DNA of 47,648 nucleotides from Anaerolineae bacterium (GTDB taxonomy: Bacteria; Chloroflexota; Anaerolineae; UBA1429): the NCBI GenBank assembly GCA_021162655.1, contig JAGGYI010000083.1, forward strand, positions 1-47,648, in the 5' to 3' direction. Of the stretch, positions 30,901 to 38,440 are shown one piece after another. The notes under the pieces were generated by a model. That model saw only the letters and a list, made by a program, of their open reading frames with translations, did not search any database and was not told the DNA's origin. How positions within the stretch are numbered: position 1 is the stretch's first letter; each line of letters begins with the position of its first letter. The translations under genes were made by a program, and so were the position numbers.

Positions 30901-31323
30901 TCCTCCCCCATCACCGTAAAACGAGGAGATCTTTGCCATTCGGAGATATCTTCTCAACCAACTCAGGTGCTCCCAGGAGGCACAGTAACACACACCATCC
31001 GTTTAACCAACACGGGAGATGCCCCTATCGGTGCCACTGTTTCCTGCAAGCCTCCCTCTCCCCTGATGCTGCTCCCTAGCACACTCTATGCTTCCTCTGG
31101 AGAAGTGAACATTGAGCAGGATTCCGTTCACTGGCAAGGGACAGTGCTTGCACGAGGGCTCATTATCATTCGCTTTACTACCCTAGTGCCCCCGAGGGCG
31201 TCCGTGCAGACGGTGAACCTGGAGGCTTTCATTGAGGATGAAGGCGGACTCACGAATACCATTCAATCGATGTTCGCCATTAGAGGAGCGTCCCTGCAGC
31301 TTCTCCCCCTCATCTTTAGATGA
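24994..31323 (+). CDS. Secreted multidomain S8 serine protease (bacillopeptidase F-like) with CarboxypepD_reg-like, Kelch and DUF11-like repeats
   Basis: Signal peptide; catalytic triad VANMDSG / HGTHTMG / GTSMATPHVAG; six Kelch repeats (IYTIGG, LYLLGG, IYIFGG, IYLAGG, IFVAGG, FYVIGG); repeated PGD-x-LxYT..N..D-P units; C-terminal LQLLPLIFR. Confidence 0.93.
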   Translation: MRRFLFTLMLFTFILALPVLAQNPSLSKPLADSKTSALRALNSLPVQARAKIDPRLLKQLLQAQKEASRQGLAKPKSTTFLVYLKKQATLASLCSTSNIQTRRQLIVARLQATAQRSQAGLIPLLESNLQKGHISRYKSYWIFNGFAVDGDLHAALELARRPEVAALLPNRTHQLPPTKALSTENIEWNITHIGADRVWNALGITGRGVVVANMDSGVDWTHPALQRKYRGYNPANPAASTHDYNWFDATGTYPNAPGPTRPHVSAWSDHGTHTMGIILGSTEDGENIVGVAPGAQWIAVKVFDDNGETTDEWIHAGFQWILAPTDLHGENPDPSKAPDIVNNSWGSENGWDSTFYQDLLALQNAGILTVWAAGNSGPSSQTINAPASFPHAFAVGAVDAQDEIAPFSSRGPSPWGEIKPEVVAPGVNIRSTIAGGLYGVLEGTSMATPHVAGLMALIQEASNHTLSIEATEYIITSTAKDLGTPGEDNDYGYGLIDAFQAVSTVFQGGTFRGCVRDAETGAPIGGATIIMRNLSTGGQARTTTASDGTYSFSVATGFYDVTASHFGYFDEVAHNIEIKSQMVTQLDFALTPQPKGVIRGQITCPGSDTLPDILISVLGTPLTTQANAQGFYSLTVPVGTYTLRIRPLNPGYRGIEVGQVHVRDGANTTVNSELLTAPKILLVDADAWLTSGQLRYYQSLLNTALYGYDERLVRKFPTDNPSVDDLRQYDIVIWVQPLTSPGYINAWDALGAYLDQGGKLLISGQDIGYWDWQCGCAPQNYAKYLHASYLPDDGGLGDLLGTPTGPLAGIRLSLNTNDSARNQNSVDLISATDAFAQPILRYESGEVVGLYIENCQNSIIYLSFGLEGIGPTSARQQAFEKLLTLLSQAKLPHTQIRIHPSTQGVLLGHHTSYALQLVNQDTRPLSQTYRLSADSAWPAWFAQMTNSVPITQTRPLSPCEDIDLRLMLEIPLTAAPQETHIITAHISPQNAGPDEIIRTVEAIAVPPWQELPNPPTPRSRLSGAALGCSIYTIGGYYSHNNSDTVTNVVEILDLVSGTWYRGSPKPSATANSGIALLDGQLYLLGGYSETAPGNYVNTVEIYDPAEDQWSSGTPLPIPLSGMATAVLDGKIYIFGGNSAEGASNKAYVYDPYFDQWTRIANIPGTGVAFAQAVSLNGAIYLAGGWPEQKSLLRYDPQSDSWTILQSMHQGRHSFAMATDGRHIFVAGGGKLLDGLASVERYDPLTNRWTVFPSLHFSRRTGAIGVYADGKFYVIGGIDQQSPAEAIEFMDIDSPLNRSRFLVNNAPYTLSHPGDILSYTLTLNNPETTTISASWQHTFPSALNYLEGSITGGAHYNPSSRTLSWEGSIPPQGKLSFSFLAQVQADTPSGTTVTSTVLLDNGGCAPLTLSTHAYVALPSLSASTKQVNKARVAPGDTLHYSVAIINDSPYTIPHASLIDPIPTYTTYISGSVVGGTYNPTLKRIEWEGSLPPGTSDGVEEPSFNWIDATGGTSLNLGDDSCVGPLDLGFNFEFYGQSYSQIYVNSNGMILFEKCNSSYSNVSIPRPEEPNAFIAPFWDDLRPGAESGKVYMATFGQEPNRYAVIEWHQVYPYGESLPQTFEVILYEGTNRILFQYLKMTGDRGLGSSATVGIENQDGSKGVLYLFNGSPSNHSIHDGLLLEMKHSSTRNAVSHIVSYDVRVNESLPPLTTITNTAWIDDGFAIHQRTVTSTISSPSFATSRITASPETVLAGGTITFTVHLINTGDITSTNTSLVIPLPPELSYLSGSLQGAGATYNEQSRQIEWHGTVPLNPSGVEIRYQANVTDNLPINTWITQTATVFEQGRLMNTLQTRILVNSVGLVGEKISSSPQVLAGSSFTYTITVSNAGLYLAPYLVISDPLPSFTELITGTLEGGTYNPAERTILWNGALASREGHVLQFQVYIPKNTPNGTCITNTAFVHDSYGPPLLLSSPITVKRGDLCHSEISSQPTQVLPGGTVTHTIRLTNTGDAPIGATVSCKPPSPLMLLPSTLYASSGEVNIEQDSVHWQGTVLARGLIIIRFTTLVPPRASVQTVNLEAFIEDEGGLTNTIQSMFAIRGASLQLLPLIFR

Positions 31324-31359
31324 GAACCTCAAAACACTACAATAAGGAAGGATGAACCT

Positions 31360-32349
31360 ATGAAAATTGGAGTGCGAACACACAACGGCGAAGAAAGAAG
31401 GTTGATCCTAGCTGAACAGCTTGGTGCTCAAGGGGGTAGTATTTGGGCCTGGGCTCTTCCAGGCTTTCGAGAGAACTGTGTCCCTGACCTGGACGGTATC
31501 TACCAAATGCGCGAACGCTTCGAAGCTCATAACCTTGCCCTAACAGGGATAGGGCTAGGGGCGGACTGTCTGAAAAATCAACTCTTGGGCCTACCTGAAA
31601 GAGACCGGGAAATCGACAACGTCTGCGAGACGATTCGGCGCATTGGTCAGGTGTACAAAGACAAACCCGCTGCAGAGAGTCCCGTCATTATCCTTGATCA
31701 ACGAGTGACCTATTGGGCAAAGGGCGGATGGACGGGAGGAGCTCGAGTGCTAGGACGTGGGGGAGTGCTCTTCTATGACTTTGATGCCTCTCGAGATGCC
31801 CATTTGCAGGATGCTCCGGCCGGACACGTATCCCTAGAGGAGGTTTGGGAGCGCATTGCCTATCTCTACGAACGTATCGTCCCCGTTGCAGAAGAAGCGG
31901 ATATTCGCCTCGCCACTCATCCCGACGATCCTCCCCTTCCAGAATATCGGGGTGCGGCTCACGCTCTGAACAGCTTGGCCGGTTTTAAGAAACTCTTTGA
32001 AATGTTCCCCAGCCCTTACAATGGCATGCTTCTGTGCTTAGGCTGCATGCAAGAGGCAGGTGAGGACCCCATCCAAGTCATCCGCTACTTTGGCAAGCAA
32101 AACAGGATATTCTATGTGCACTTTCGCAACGTCAAAGGGCGCGTTCCACACTACACAGAAGTTTTTCCCAACTTGGGAGACCTGGACATGGTCCAAGCAA
32201 TAAAGGCCTTCTGGGAGGTAGGGTATCAAGGCTTTCTCGTTCCTGATCATCAGTTTGGCATCCTTGGAGACGACGATTGGAATACCATAAGCCGCGCATG
32301 GCAGATCGGCTACATCACAGCCCTCATCCAAGCAACTGCTCCCTCTTGA
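31360..32349 (+). CDS. Mannonate dehydratase (UxuA)-like protein
   Basis: RIVPVAEEADIRLATHPDDPP, SPYNGMLLCLG, YVHFRNV, GDLDM, PDH, IGYI. Confidence 0.85.
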   Translation: MKIGVRTHNGEERRLILAEQLGAQGGSIWAWALPGFRENCVPDLDGIYQMRERFEAHNLALTGIGLGADCLKNQLLGLPERDREIDNVCETIRRIGQVYKDKPAAESPVIILDQRVTYWAKGGWTGGARVLGRGGVLFYDFDASRDAHLQDAPAGHVSLEEVWERIAYLYERIVPVAEEADIRLATHPDDPPLPEYRGAAHALNSLAGFKKLFEMFPSPYNGMLLCLGCMQEAGEDPIQVIRYFGKQNRIFYVHFRNVKGRVPHYTEVFPNLGDLDMVQAIKAFWEVGYQGFLVPDHQFGILGDDDWNTISRAWQIGYITALIQATAPS

Positions 32350-32356
32350 AAAGAGC

Positions 32357-32387
32357 AGGAACACTGTTTTTAGGGAAGACGTCTTAA
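32357..32387 (+). promoter_or_regulatory. Putative ECF sigma promoter
   Basis: AGGAAC-N17-CGTCTTAA upstream of the anti-sigma-like/ABC operon. Confidence 0.5.
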
Positions 32388-32492
32388 TTACAGAAAGTCT
32401 ATCTTTACTCTGTCCCTTTTTCACTCTATTTTAACCCTGATAGACTAACCTAAATGATAGGGCAGATTTAGGCAAATAAAGGAGAGCTTGAG

Positions 32493-33332
32493 ATGCACCA
32501 AAAGCTAAAAAAGGCTCTTGGGGGAATTCTGGGAATTCTTCTCTTGGTGCTTATCTATAGCTTTGCACCCAGCCGTGCTATTGCTCATCAACTTCTCTCG
32601 GTGTTTCGAGTCCGGAAGGTCGCAATCATTCCCTTAAACGTGGACACAAAAGAACTGGACCAGCGCCTCGACACCTTGACCAAGGAATTGGAGAGAATCT
32701 TCCCTGAACCCCAAGTCACCGTCGATGCGCCCATTCAAAAGGTTGACTCCCTTGAAGAAGCTAAACAGCTAGCTGGATTCCCCGTGAGATGGCCCTCTTA
32801 TTGGCCCGAGCCCTCTCCGCCACACATCCAAGTAGAAGGACGTAGTGAATACACCTTACCCATTACAGGAGAAGATCTCGCGACGCTCCTTGAATTGGCC
32901 GGGATGAGACCCAAGATCCCCCGAGAACTGCACGGGACTATCACCGTTCGCATTCCCGCTATTGTCTACTTACAGGGGCGACGCCTCACGCTCTGGGAAG
33001 TCTACAATCCCTCCATTGAATACCCTCAAGAGCTCAATCCCCAGATTCTTGGTGAGGCTAGCCTGCGTCTTCTAGGTGTTCCGCCTTCACAGGCCCGCCG
33101 CATCGCTAAAGGGATCGACTGGACAAGCACCTTCATTCTTCCCATCCCCACCCAGATCAGCCGGTTCGACGAGCTCGAGATTGCAGGGGCTAAAGCTATC
33201 CTCCTCCATGCACGCAATCCTGGAGAAGCCTCCCCCTTGACCCTTCTCTGGGTCAAAGATGACGTCCTTTATTTCCTCTCGGGGCCCACTTCTTCGAACG
33301 GAATCATCCAAATTGCCGAGTCCCTGTTTTAG
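32493..33332 (+). CDS. Membrane-anchored protein resembling the extracytoplasmic part of anti-sigma factors (DUF4367-like)
   Basis: N-terminal TM, then AHQLLSVFRVRKV, SLEEAKQLAGFPVRWP, IDWTSTFILP, LLWVKDDVLYFLSG...IQIAESL. Confidence 0.6.
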   Translation: MHQKLKKALGGILGILLLVLIYSFAPSRAIAHQLLSVFRVRKVAIIPLNVDTKELDQRLDTLTKELERIFPEPQVTVDAPIQKVDSLEEAKQLAGFPVRWPSYWPEPSPPHIQVEGRSEYTLPITGEDLATLLELAGMRPKIPRELHGTITVRIPAIVYLQGRRLTLWEVYNPSIEYPQELNPQILGEASLRLLGVPPSQARRIAKGIDWTSTFILPIPTQISRFDELEIAGAKAILLHARNPGEASPLTLLWVKDDVLYFLSGPTSSNGIIQIAESLF

Positions 33333-33346
33333 AGCCCACCTTACTG

Positions 33347-34309
33347 ATGGACACTTTGGAAAGAGGGCAAATGTTCCCAGCTATAGAGGCCAGGGGGTTA
33401 CGCAAAGTTTATGGAGAAAAGGTAGCTGTTGAAAACCTCACCCTGACAGTAGAAATGGGGGAGACCTTTGGGTTCCTTGGCCCTAATGGCGCAGGGAAAA
33501 CGACTTCCATGAAAATGCTCTTGGGATTGGTCACTCCCTCCTCAGGTACTGGTAGAATCCTTGGCTTTCCCCTCGATGACCCTCGCTCTCGACAGCAAGT
33601 GGGCTTTTTACCCGAGCATCTTCGCTTCCCTCCCTGGATGCAGGCAGCAGAGTTCCTCGACTTTACTGCCCGCTTTTTCAAGCTCCCCACCCGGGTTCGC
33701 CACAAACGCATTTCAGAACTTTTGGAACTCGTTCAGCTACAAGAAGCTGCCAAGCAGCCCCTGGGCACGTTCTCCAAAGGGATGCTCCAACGAATCGGTC
33801 TTGCCCAGGCACTCATTAACAAGCCCAAAGTTCTTTTCCTCGACGAGCCCACATCCGGTCTAGATCCTCTAGGCCATCGCCTTGTTCGGCAAATTATCTG
33901 TTACTTGAGGGAACAGGGAACTACCATCTTTCTTAACTCTCACCTTCTCAGCGAGGTTGAACGCACTTGTACTCGAGTTGCCCTAATTGTCCAAGGTCGA
34001 GTCCGCAAAGTGATAGACCTAACGACTATGACACCCAACACGCTTCGAGTCAGGATCAAAGCAGAGCCCCTTAGTGAGAACCTTATCCAAGGCCTCAAAC
34101 GCTGGAGCGCCTCAATCAATGTTTCTAGAACAGATGGTACCCTTACCCTAGCCCTCTCTAATTCCAAGGAAATCCCTGCAATTGCACGTTGGCTCATCTC
34201 GAAAGGGATAGATCTGTATGAAATCTCGCCACTTCGAGATTCTCTCGAAGAACTTTTTATCGCTATCGTCGGAGAGGAAAATGTACCAGGCTCTCCTTCT
34301 GATCAGTGA
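33347..34309 (+). CDS. ABC transporter ATP-binding protein
   Basis: GPNGAGKTT, FSKGMLQR, LFLDEPTSGLDP, NSH, SLEELF. Confidence 0.95.
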   Translation: MDTLERGQMFPAIEARGLRKVYGEKVAVENLTLTVEMGETFGFLGPNGAGKTTSMKMLLGLVTPSSGTGRILGFPLDDPRSRQQVGFLPEHLRFPPWMQAAEFLDFTARFFKLPTRVRHKRISELLELVQLQEAAKQPLGTFSKGMLQRIGLAQALINKPKVLFLDEPTSGLDPLGHRLVRQIICYLREQGTTIFLNSHLLSEVERTCTRVALIVQGRVRKVIDLTTMTPNTLRVRIKAEPLSENLIQGLKRWSASINVSRTDGTLTLALSNSKEIPAIARWLISKGIDLYEISPLRDSLEELFIAIVGEENVPGSPSDQ

Positions 34310-35123
34310 ATTAACTTTTCATGAGGCTAAGCGCCGACGCACCTTTTGGCTTGCCGGAGGACTAGGCTTCCTCTTTATCGCTCTTTATGCCCTAGGCTTT
34401 TTCTTCGTCTACAAAGAGATGCGCCAGAGCCTCCCAAAAGGATTTGATCTCGCTTTGACCAGCGGATTCAGCTTCTTTCTAACCGCTGGGTTCTATGGAA
34501 TCAGCTTCCTAGGGGTAATGTTAGCGGTACTTGCCTCGGCTACCGTCTTTGCGGGGGATATCCAATCCCAAACCATCCAACTCTTGGCCACCAAACCCCT
34601 CCCTCGGCATTGTATAGTTCTAGGGAAATGGCTGGGCTTGGGAGTTCTGCTTTCCATCTATATCAGTGCCCTATCTCTGGGACTCGTCCTCGCCACTTAC
34701 CTCATTGCGCGCTACATTCCTCCCAATGTCTTCGCCGGCATCCTTCTACTCATCATGGAAGCCCTCGTCATGCTTACCATTGGAATTCTTGCAGGAACCC
34801 ATTTGAACATGATTGGTAGCGGCATTCTCTCTTTTATGCTCTATGGGCTCGCTTTCATCGGTGGATGGACTGAGCAAATTGGCTCTTTTAGCGCTAACGA
34901 AACAGCCACCGACATTGGCATCCTCATCAGCCTCATAGTGCCCAGCGAGGCCATGTGGAGGATGGCTTCCTATCTTTTACAACCTCCTGCCCTTCGTTCC
35001 CTAAGCCTCTCTCCATTCTCTATCGCCTCTGCGCCCAGCCTGGCCATGCTCCTTTACACGATCATCTACATAGCTGGGCTCCTTATCTGGGCTATCCGCA
35101 CATTCGCCCAGCGCGACCTGTGA
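34281..35123 (+). CDS. ABC-2 type permease
   Basis: TFHEAKRRR, LATKPLPR..IVLGKWLG, about 6 TMs, C-terminal FAQRDL; start ATG 34281 after GGAGAGG. Confidence 0.9.
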   Translation: MYQALLLISELTFHEAKRRRTFWLAGGLGFLFIALYALGFFFVYKEMRQSLPKGFDLALTSGFSFFLTAGFYGISFLGVMLAVLASATVFAGDIQSQTIQLLATKPLPRHCIVLGKWLGLGVLLSIYISALSLGLVLATYLIARYIPPNVFAGILLLIMEALVMLTIGILAGTHLNMIGSGILSFMLYGLAFIGGWTEQIGSFSANETATDIGILISLIVPSEAMWRMASYLLQPPALRSLSLSPFSIASAPSLAMLLYTIIYIAGLLIWAIRTFAQRDL

Positions 35124-35126
35124 AAC

Positions 35127-35158
35127 AAAAAAAGGGCCAACTGCATACAGTTGGCCCT
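35127..35158 (-). terminator. Intrinsic terminator between convergent genes
   Basis: AGGGCCAACTG-CATA-CAGTTGGCCCT perfect stem with T-tract on the minus strand. Confidence 0.85.
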
Positions 35159-35175
35159 CCGCCATCGTCAAAAGA

Positions 35176-35757
35176 TCATACAGGAGTCAGATACATGCTT
35201 GCAGCCCAGAGGTAAATCCCATCGATGGCTACCTGAGTCCATTGAAGACCACCACTCCACTGGGTTAAACCAGTAGGCTGAAGCACCGTGCCATAGGGAA
35301 CAATCCGCCACACCGGGTACCAAAGACCAGGACCTGAACGCAGGCGAAGCCCTATAGGGGCAATTACTTTCAGTCCACTTTCACCGGAGGGAGAATACCC
35401 TCCATAGTTCGCCAGGTAGGCAGAGGCGCAAAATCCCTCATAATACCGTCCCCAGCGATAAACGCGCACGTACGTCCAGCTAATCCCCTGATTCCAAACA
35501 GGGCCTCCTCCTGGGTAAACCTTTTCGCCATTCCAGAGGACTAGGATCACCGGTGCCGCCAGGCTAGGCCCCTCTCGTAACCTCAATCCATACACTGCCC
35601 GTACTCGGGTAGGCGCTCCCCATGTGGGAGGAGCAGTGAGAACGGGAGTGCTCCCACTGCCTGGGCTAGGTGGAGCAGCTGAAACAAGCATAGGCAATAG
35701 AACCATGCTACTTAACACACCTAGCCAGAGAATCAGACGAATAATCCGCTTCTTCAT
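35176..35757 (-). CDS. Secreted protein with two bacterial SH3 domains
   Basis: Signal peptide; GLRLREGPSL...WTYV and GLRLRSGPGL...WTQV...WAASMYL; start ATG 35757 after AAAGGAG. Confidence 0.85.
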   Translation of the reverse strand: MKKRIIRLILWLGVLSSMVLLPMLVSAAPPSPGSGSTPVLTAPPTWGAPTRVRAVYGLRLREGPSLAAPVILVLWNGEKVYPGGGPVWNQGISWTYVRVYRWGRYYEGFCASAYLANYGGYSPSGESGLKVIAPIGLRLRSGPGLWYPVWRIVPYGTVLQPTGLTQWSGGLQWTQVAIDGIYLWAASMYLTPV

Positions 35758-35870
35758 CGGCACCGCTCCTTTCACCCTTTGGCGCTCTCCAGTTTCTTCC
35801 TATCGAAATACCCTTAGAGGCTCTTCATCACGTCTTAAAAAGTCCTTGCCATCCTTTCCCTGGCCTCTCT

Positions 35871-35899
35871 ATCCTAACACGTCTTAAAGCCATTGTCAA
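35871..35899 (-). promoter_or_regulatory. sigma70 promoter of SH3 gene with repeated operator-like box
   Basis: TTGACA-N17-TAGGAT with TGn extension; TTTAAGACGTG in the spacer and again at 35829-35839. Confidence 0.7.
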
Positions 35900-35900
35900 C

Positions 35901-35935
35901 AAAAAAGGTGATCCGCTCTTGCCAAGCGAATCACC
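35901..35935 (-). terminator. tRNA-Glu terminator
   Basis: GGTGATTCGCT...AGCGGATCACC followed by TTTTTT on the minus strand. Confidence 0.8.
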
Positions 35936-35957
35936 ACCAGCTATAATAATTCTCTAG

Positions 35958-36031
35958 TACCGCATGGGGGATTCGAACCCCCGATCTCCTCCTTGAGAGG
36001 GAGGTGTCCTAGTCCACTAGACGAATGCGGC
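35958..36031 (-). tRNA. tRNA-Glu (anticodon CTC), CCA not encoded
   Basis: Cloverleaf: acceptor GCCGCAT/ATGCGGT, anticodon arm CCTCC-CTCTCAA-GGAGG, T-arm GGGGG-TTCGAAT-CCCCC. Confidence 0.97.
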
Positions 36032-36044
36032 ACAGGGCTTTTCT

Positions 36045-36072
36045 ATAATAACAAAAACCATTACCTTGTCAA
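36045..36072 (-). promoter_or_regulatory. tRNA-Glu promoter
   Basis: TTGACA-N16-TATTAT with TGn extension. Confidence 0.6.
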
Positions 36073-36092
36073 ATTCCAGGGGAGAATCCGCA

Positions 36093-36503
36093 ATGTGGGC
36101 CAAGCTGACCATCCGAACCAGCACAAAAACAGAACTTGTCGATATAACCACTCAGGTTCAGGAGATCGTTCAAAGGAGCTCTGTAAGAGATGGAATCTGC
36201 TATCTCTTTATTCCACACACTACAGCAGGTCTCACCCTAAACGAGAATTGGGATCCTTCCGTCCGTGAAGATATCATCAGGACTCTCAACAAACTCGTTC
36301 CACAAGCAGGCGATTATCGCCATGTAGAGGGAAATTCGCCCGCCCACATCAAAGCTTCACTGATGGGCTTCTCTGCCATGATCCCCATAAGAAATTCCCA
36401 CTTGCTCTTGGGCACTTGGCAGGGCATCTACCTAGCTGAGTTTGACGGCCCTCGCCAGCGCAACGTTTGGGTTCACGTCGCCCCCTTGAATCAGTCTCCT
36501 TGA
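36093..36503 (+). CDS. yjbQ: YjbQ/UPF0047 family protein (secondary thiamine-phosphate synthase)
   Basis: DIT, PHTTAGLTLNEN, H.EGNSPAHIKASL, LGTWQGIYLAEFDGPR. Confidence 0.93.
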   Translation: MWAKLTIRTSTKTELVDITTQVQEIVQRSSVRDGICYLFIPHTTAGLTLNENWDPSVREDIIRTLNKLVPQAGDYRHVEGNSPAHIKASLMGFSAMIPIRNSHLLLGTWQGIYLAEFDGPRQRNVWVHVAPLNQSP

Positions 36504-36581
36504 CATTCCTTCTTTTGGTCCCCCTTGCGGAAAAAGCTATAATATTTGACGATTCTACTTAAAATTCCTGGGAGCTTGAGC

Positions 36582-38438
36582 GTGCAGATCTCTGAGGAGA
36601 CCCTTCAACGCCTTTTGGCATGCGTGCAAAAACCCGCTCGCTACGTGGGGCAAGAATGGAATAGCATTACCAAAGACTGGGCGACGGTCACGGTCAAAGT
36701 CGCTCTGGCTTATCCCGATATCTATGAGATCGGCATGTCGAACCTGGGACTAACCATTCTCTACGATCTCGTGAACCGAGAACCAGATATGCTTGCTGAA
36801 CGAGTGTATGCCCCTTGGCATGATATGGAATCCGTTATGCGCTCCGCAGGAATCCCTCTCTTTTCTCTAGAGACCCGACATCCCCTCGCTGAATTCGACG
36901 TCCTCGGCTTCAGCTTGCAGCACGAACTCACTTACACCAATGTGCTCAACATGCTTGACCTCGCCCAGATCCCTGTTCTCGCTCGGGAGCGAACGAACAA
37001 GGTGCCTTTGGTCATTGCCGGCGGGAGCTGTACATACAACCCCGAACCAATGGCCGACTTTATCGACCTCTTTGTCATTGGAGAGGGAGAAGAGGTTCTT
37101 TTAGAACTCCTCAGGGCGATCAAGACATGGAAAGAGGATCCCCTTTCTCCTAGCAAAGAAGAACTCCTGCGTCGTTTGGTCCATATCCCAGGTGTATACA
37201 TCCCTAGGTTCTACCAAACACGCTACGCCAACGATGGAACACTCACGGAGCTAAGCCCCTCTATTCCGGAAGCCCCCCCAAGGGTGCGTAAACGCATCAT
37301 CCCAACATTAGGCCCAGTGCCCACACGCCCTGTGCTACCCCACATTCAGGTTGTACACGATCGAGGAATGGTCGAAATTCAGCGGGGCTGTAGTCGGGGA
37401 TGCCGCTTCTGTCAAGCGGGAATCATCTATCGTCCTATCCGGGAGCGCCCAGTGCAAGAGGTTCTGGAAGCCATCGATGAGCTCGTAGCACACACGGGCT
37501 ACGAAGAAGTGGGCCTCGTCTCCCTCAGCAGTAGCGATCATAGTGGGATCGCCAAGATTGTCGAGGAAGCAATGGCTCGCCACAGGGAGGACGGACTGGC
37601 TATCTCCCTCCCCTCCTTACGGCTCGACTCCTTCTCCATACAGCTGGCTGAAATGATCCAACAGACCCGTAAAACGGGGCTCACCTTTGCTCCAGAAGCG
37701 GGCAGCCAAAGGCTGCGCAACGTCATTAATAAAGGCATCGAAGAGGAAGAGATTTTTCGAACGATCGAGGCTGCTTTCAAAAGCGGCTGGAATCGGATCA
37801 AACTCTATTTTATGATAGGGCTTCCCACTGAAACGGATGAAGACGTTCTCGCTATCGCCCAGCTCGTCCGCAGGATTTACCACCAGGGAAAAGCTCTACG
37901 TCAAAGGAGAATTGAACTCAACCTCAGTGTTGCCACTTTTGTTCCCAAACCTCACACCCCCTTCCAATGGGTGCCTCTAGCCTCTCGAGAAACAATTATG
38001 CACCGTCAACAGCTGCTACGGGAAAATATCCGAGAACGTAGGGTACACCTCAGTTACCATGATTGGCAAAGCACCTGGCTAGAAGCAATTTTCAGCCGCG
38101 GTGATCGCCGTCTGGGCCCCGTGATTTACCGCGCATGGCGCTCTGGGGCATCTTTTGATGCCTGGAATGAGCATTTTGATCCCCACCTCTGGGAACAAGC
38201 CTTCCAAAAGGAAAAGATAGACCCCTCCTCTTACCTTCGTGAGCAAGCGCCTAACGAACTCTTGCCTTGGGAGCACATCGACACAGGGGTCACCAAAGAT
38301 TTTCTCTGGAGAGAATACGAACGAGCCCTCCGGGGAGACCTCTCCCCAGATTGCCGTCAGAGATGCCATAACTGTGGGATCCTCCAAGCTTTTGCCAAAG
38401 AGCGAAAGCGCTCTAAAAACACCTGGGGGTGCCCATAA
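36582..38438 (+). CDS. B12-binding radical SAM protein (TIGR03960 family)
   Basis: KPARYVG.E.N, YPDIYEIGMSNLG, RGCSRGCRFCQAG (CxxxCxxC), TFAPEAGSQRLR, C-terminal DCR..CHNCG. Confidence 0.93.
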   Translation: MQISEETLQRLLACVQKPARYVGQEWNSITKDWATVTVKVALAYPDIYEIGMSNLGLTILYDLVNREPDMLAERVYAPWHDMESVMRSAGIPLFSLETRHPLAEFDVLGFSLQHELTYTNVLNMLDLAQIPVLARERTNKVPLVIAGGSCTYNPEPMADFIDLFVIGEGEEVLLELLRAIKTWKEDPLSPSKEELLRRLVHIPGVYIPRFYQTRYANDGTLTELSPSIPEAPPRVRKRIIPTLGPVPTRPVLPHIQVVHDRGMVEIQRGCSRGCRFCQAGIIYRPIRERPVQEVLEAIDELVAHTGYEEVGLVSLSSSDHSGIAKIVEEAMARHREDGLAISLPSLRLDSFSIQLAEMIQQTRKTGLTFAPEAGSQRLRNVINKGIEEEEIFRTIEAAFKSGWNRIKLYFMIGLPTETDEDVLAIAQLVRRIYHQGKALRQRRIELNLSVATFVPKPHTPFQWVPLASRETIMHRQQLLRENIRERRVHLSYHDWQSTWLEAIFSRGDRRLGPVIYRAWRSGASFDAWNEHFDPHLWEQAFQKEKIDPSSYLREQAPNELLPWEHIDTGVTKDFLWREYERALRGDLSPDCRQRCHNCGILQAFAKERKRSKNTWGCP

Positions 38439-38440
38439 AG

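Noticed and set aside
35955-35957. tRNAs lack encoded CCA, and tRNA-Arg has a 27:43 mismatch
   Set aside because: Both are ordinary features; promoters and terminators are intact, so these are not pseudogenes
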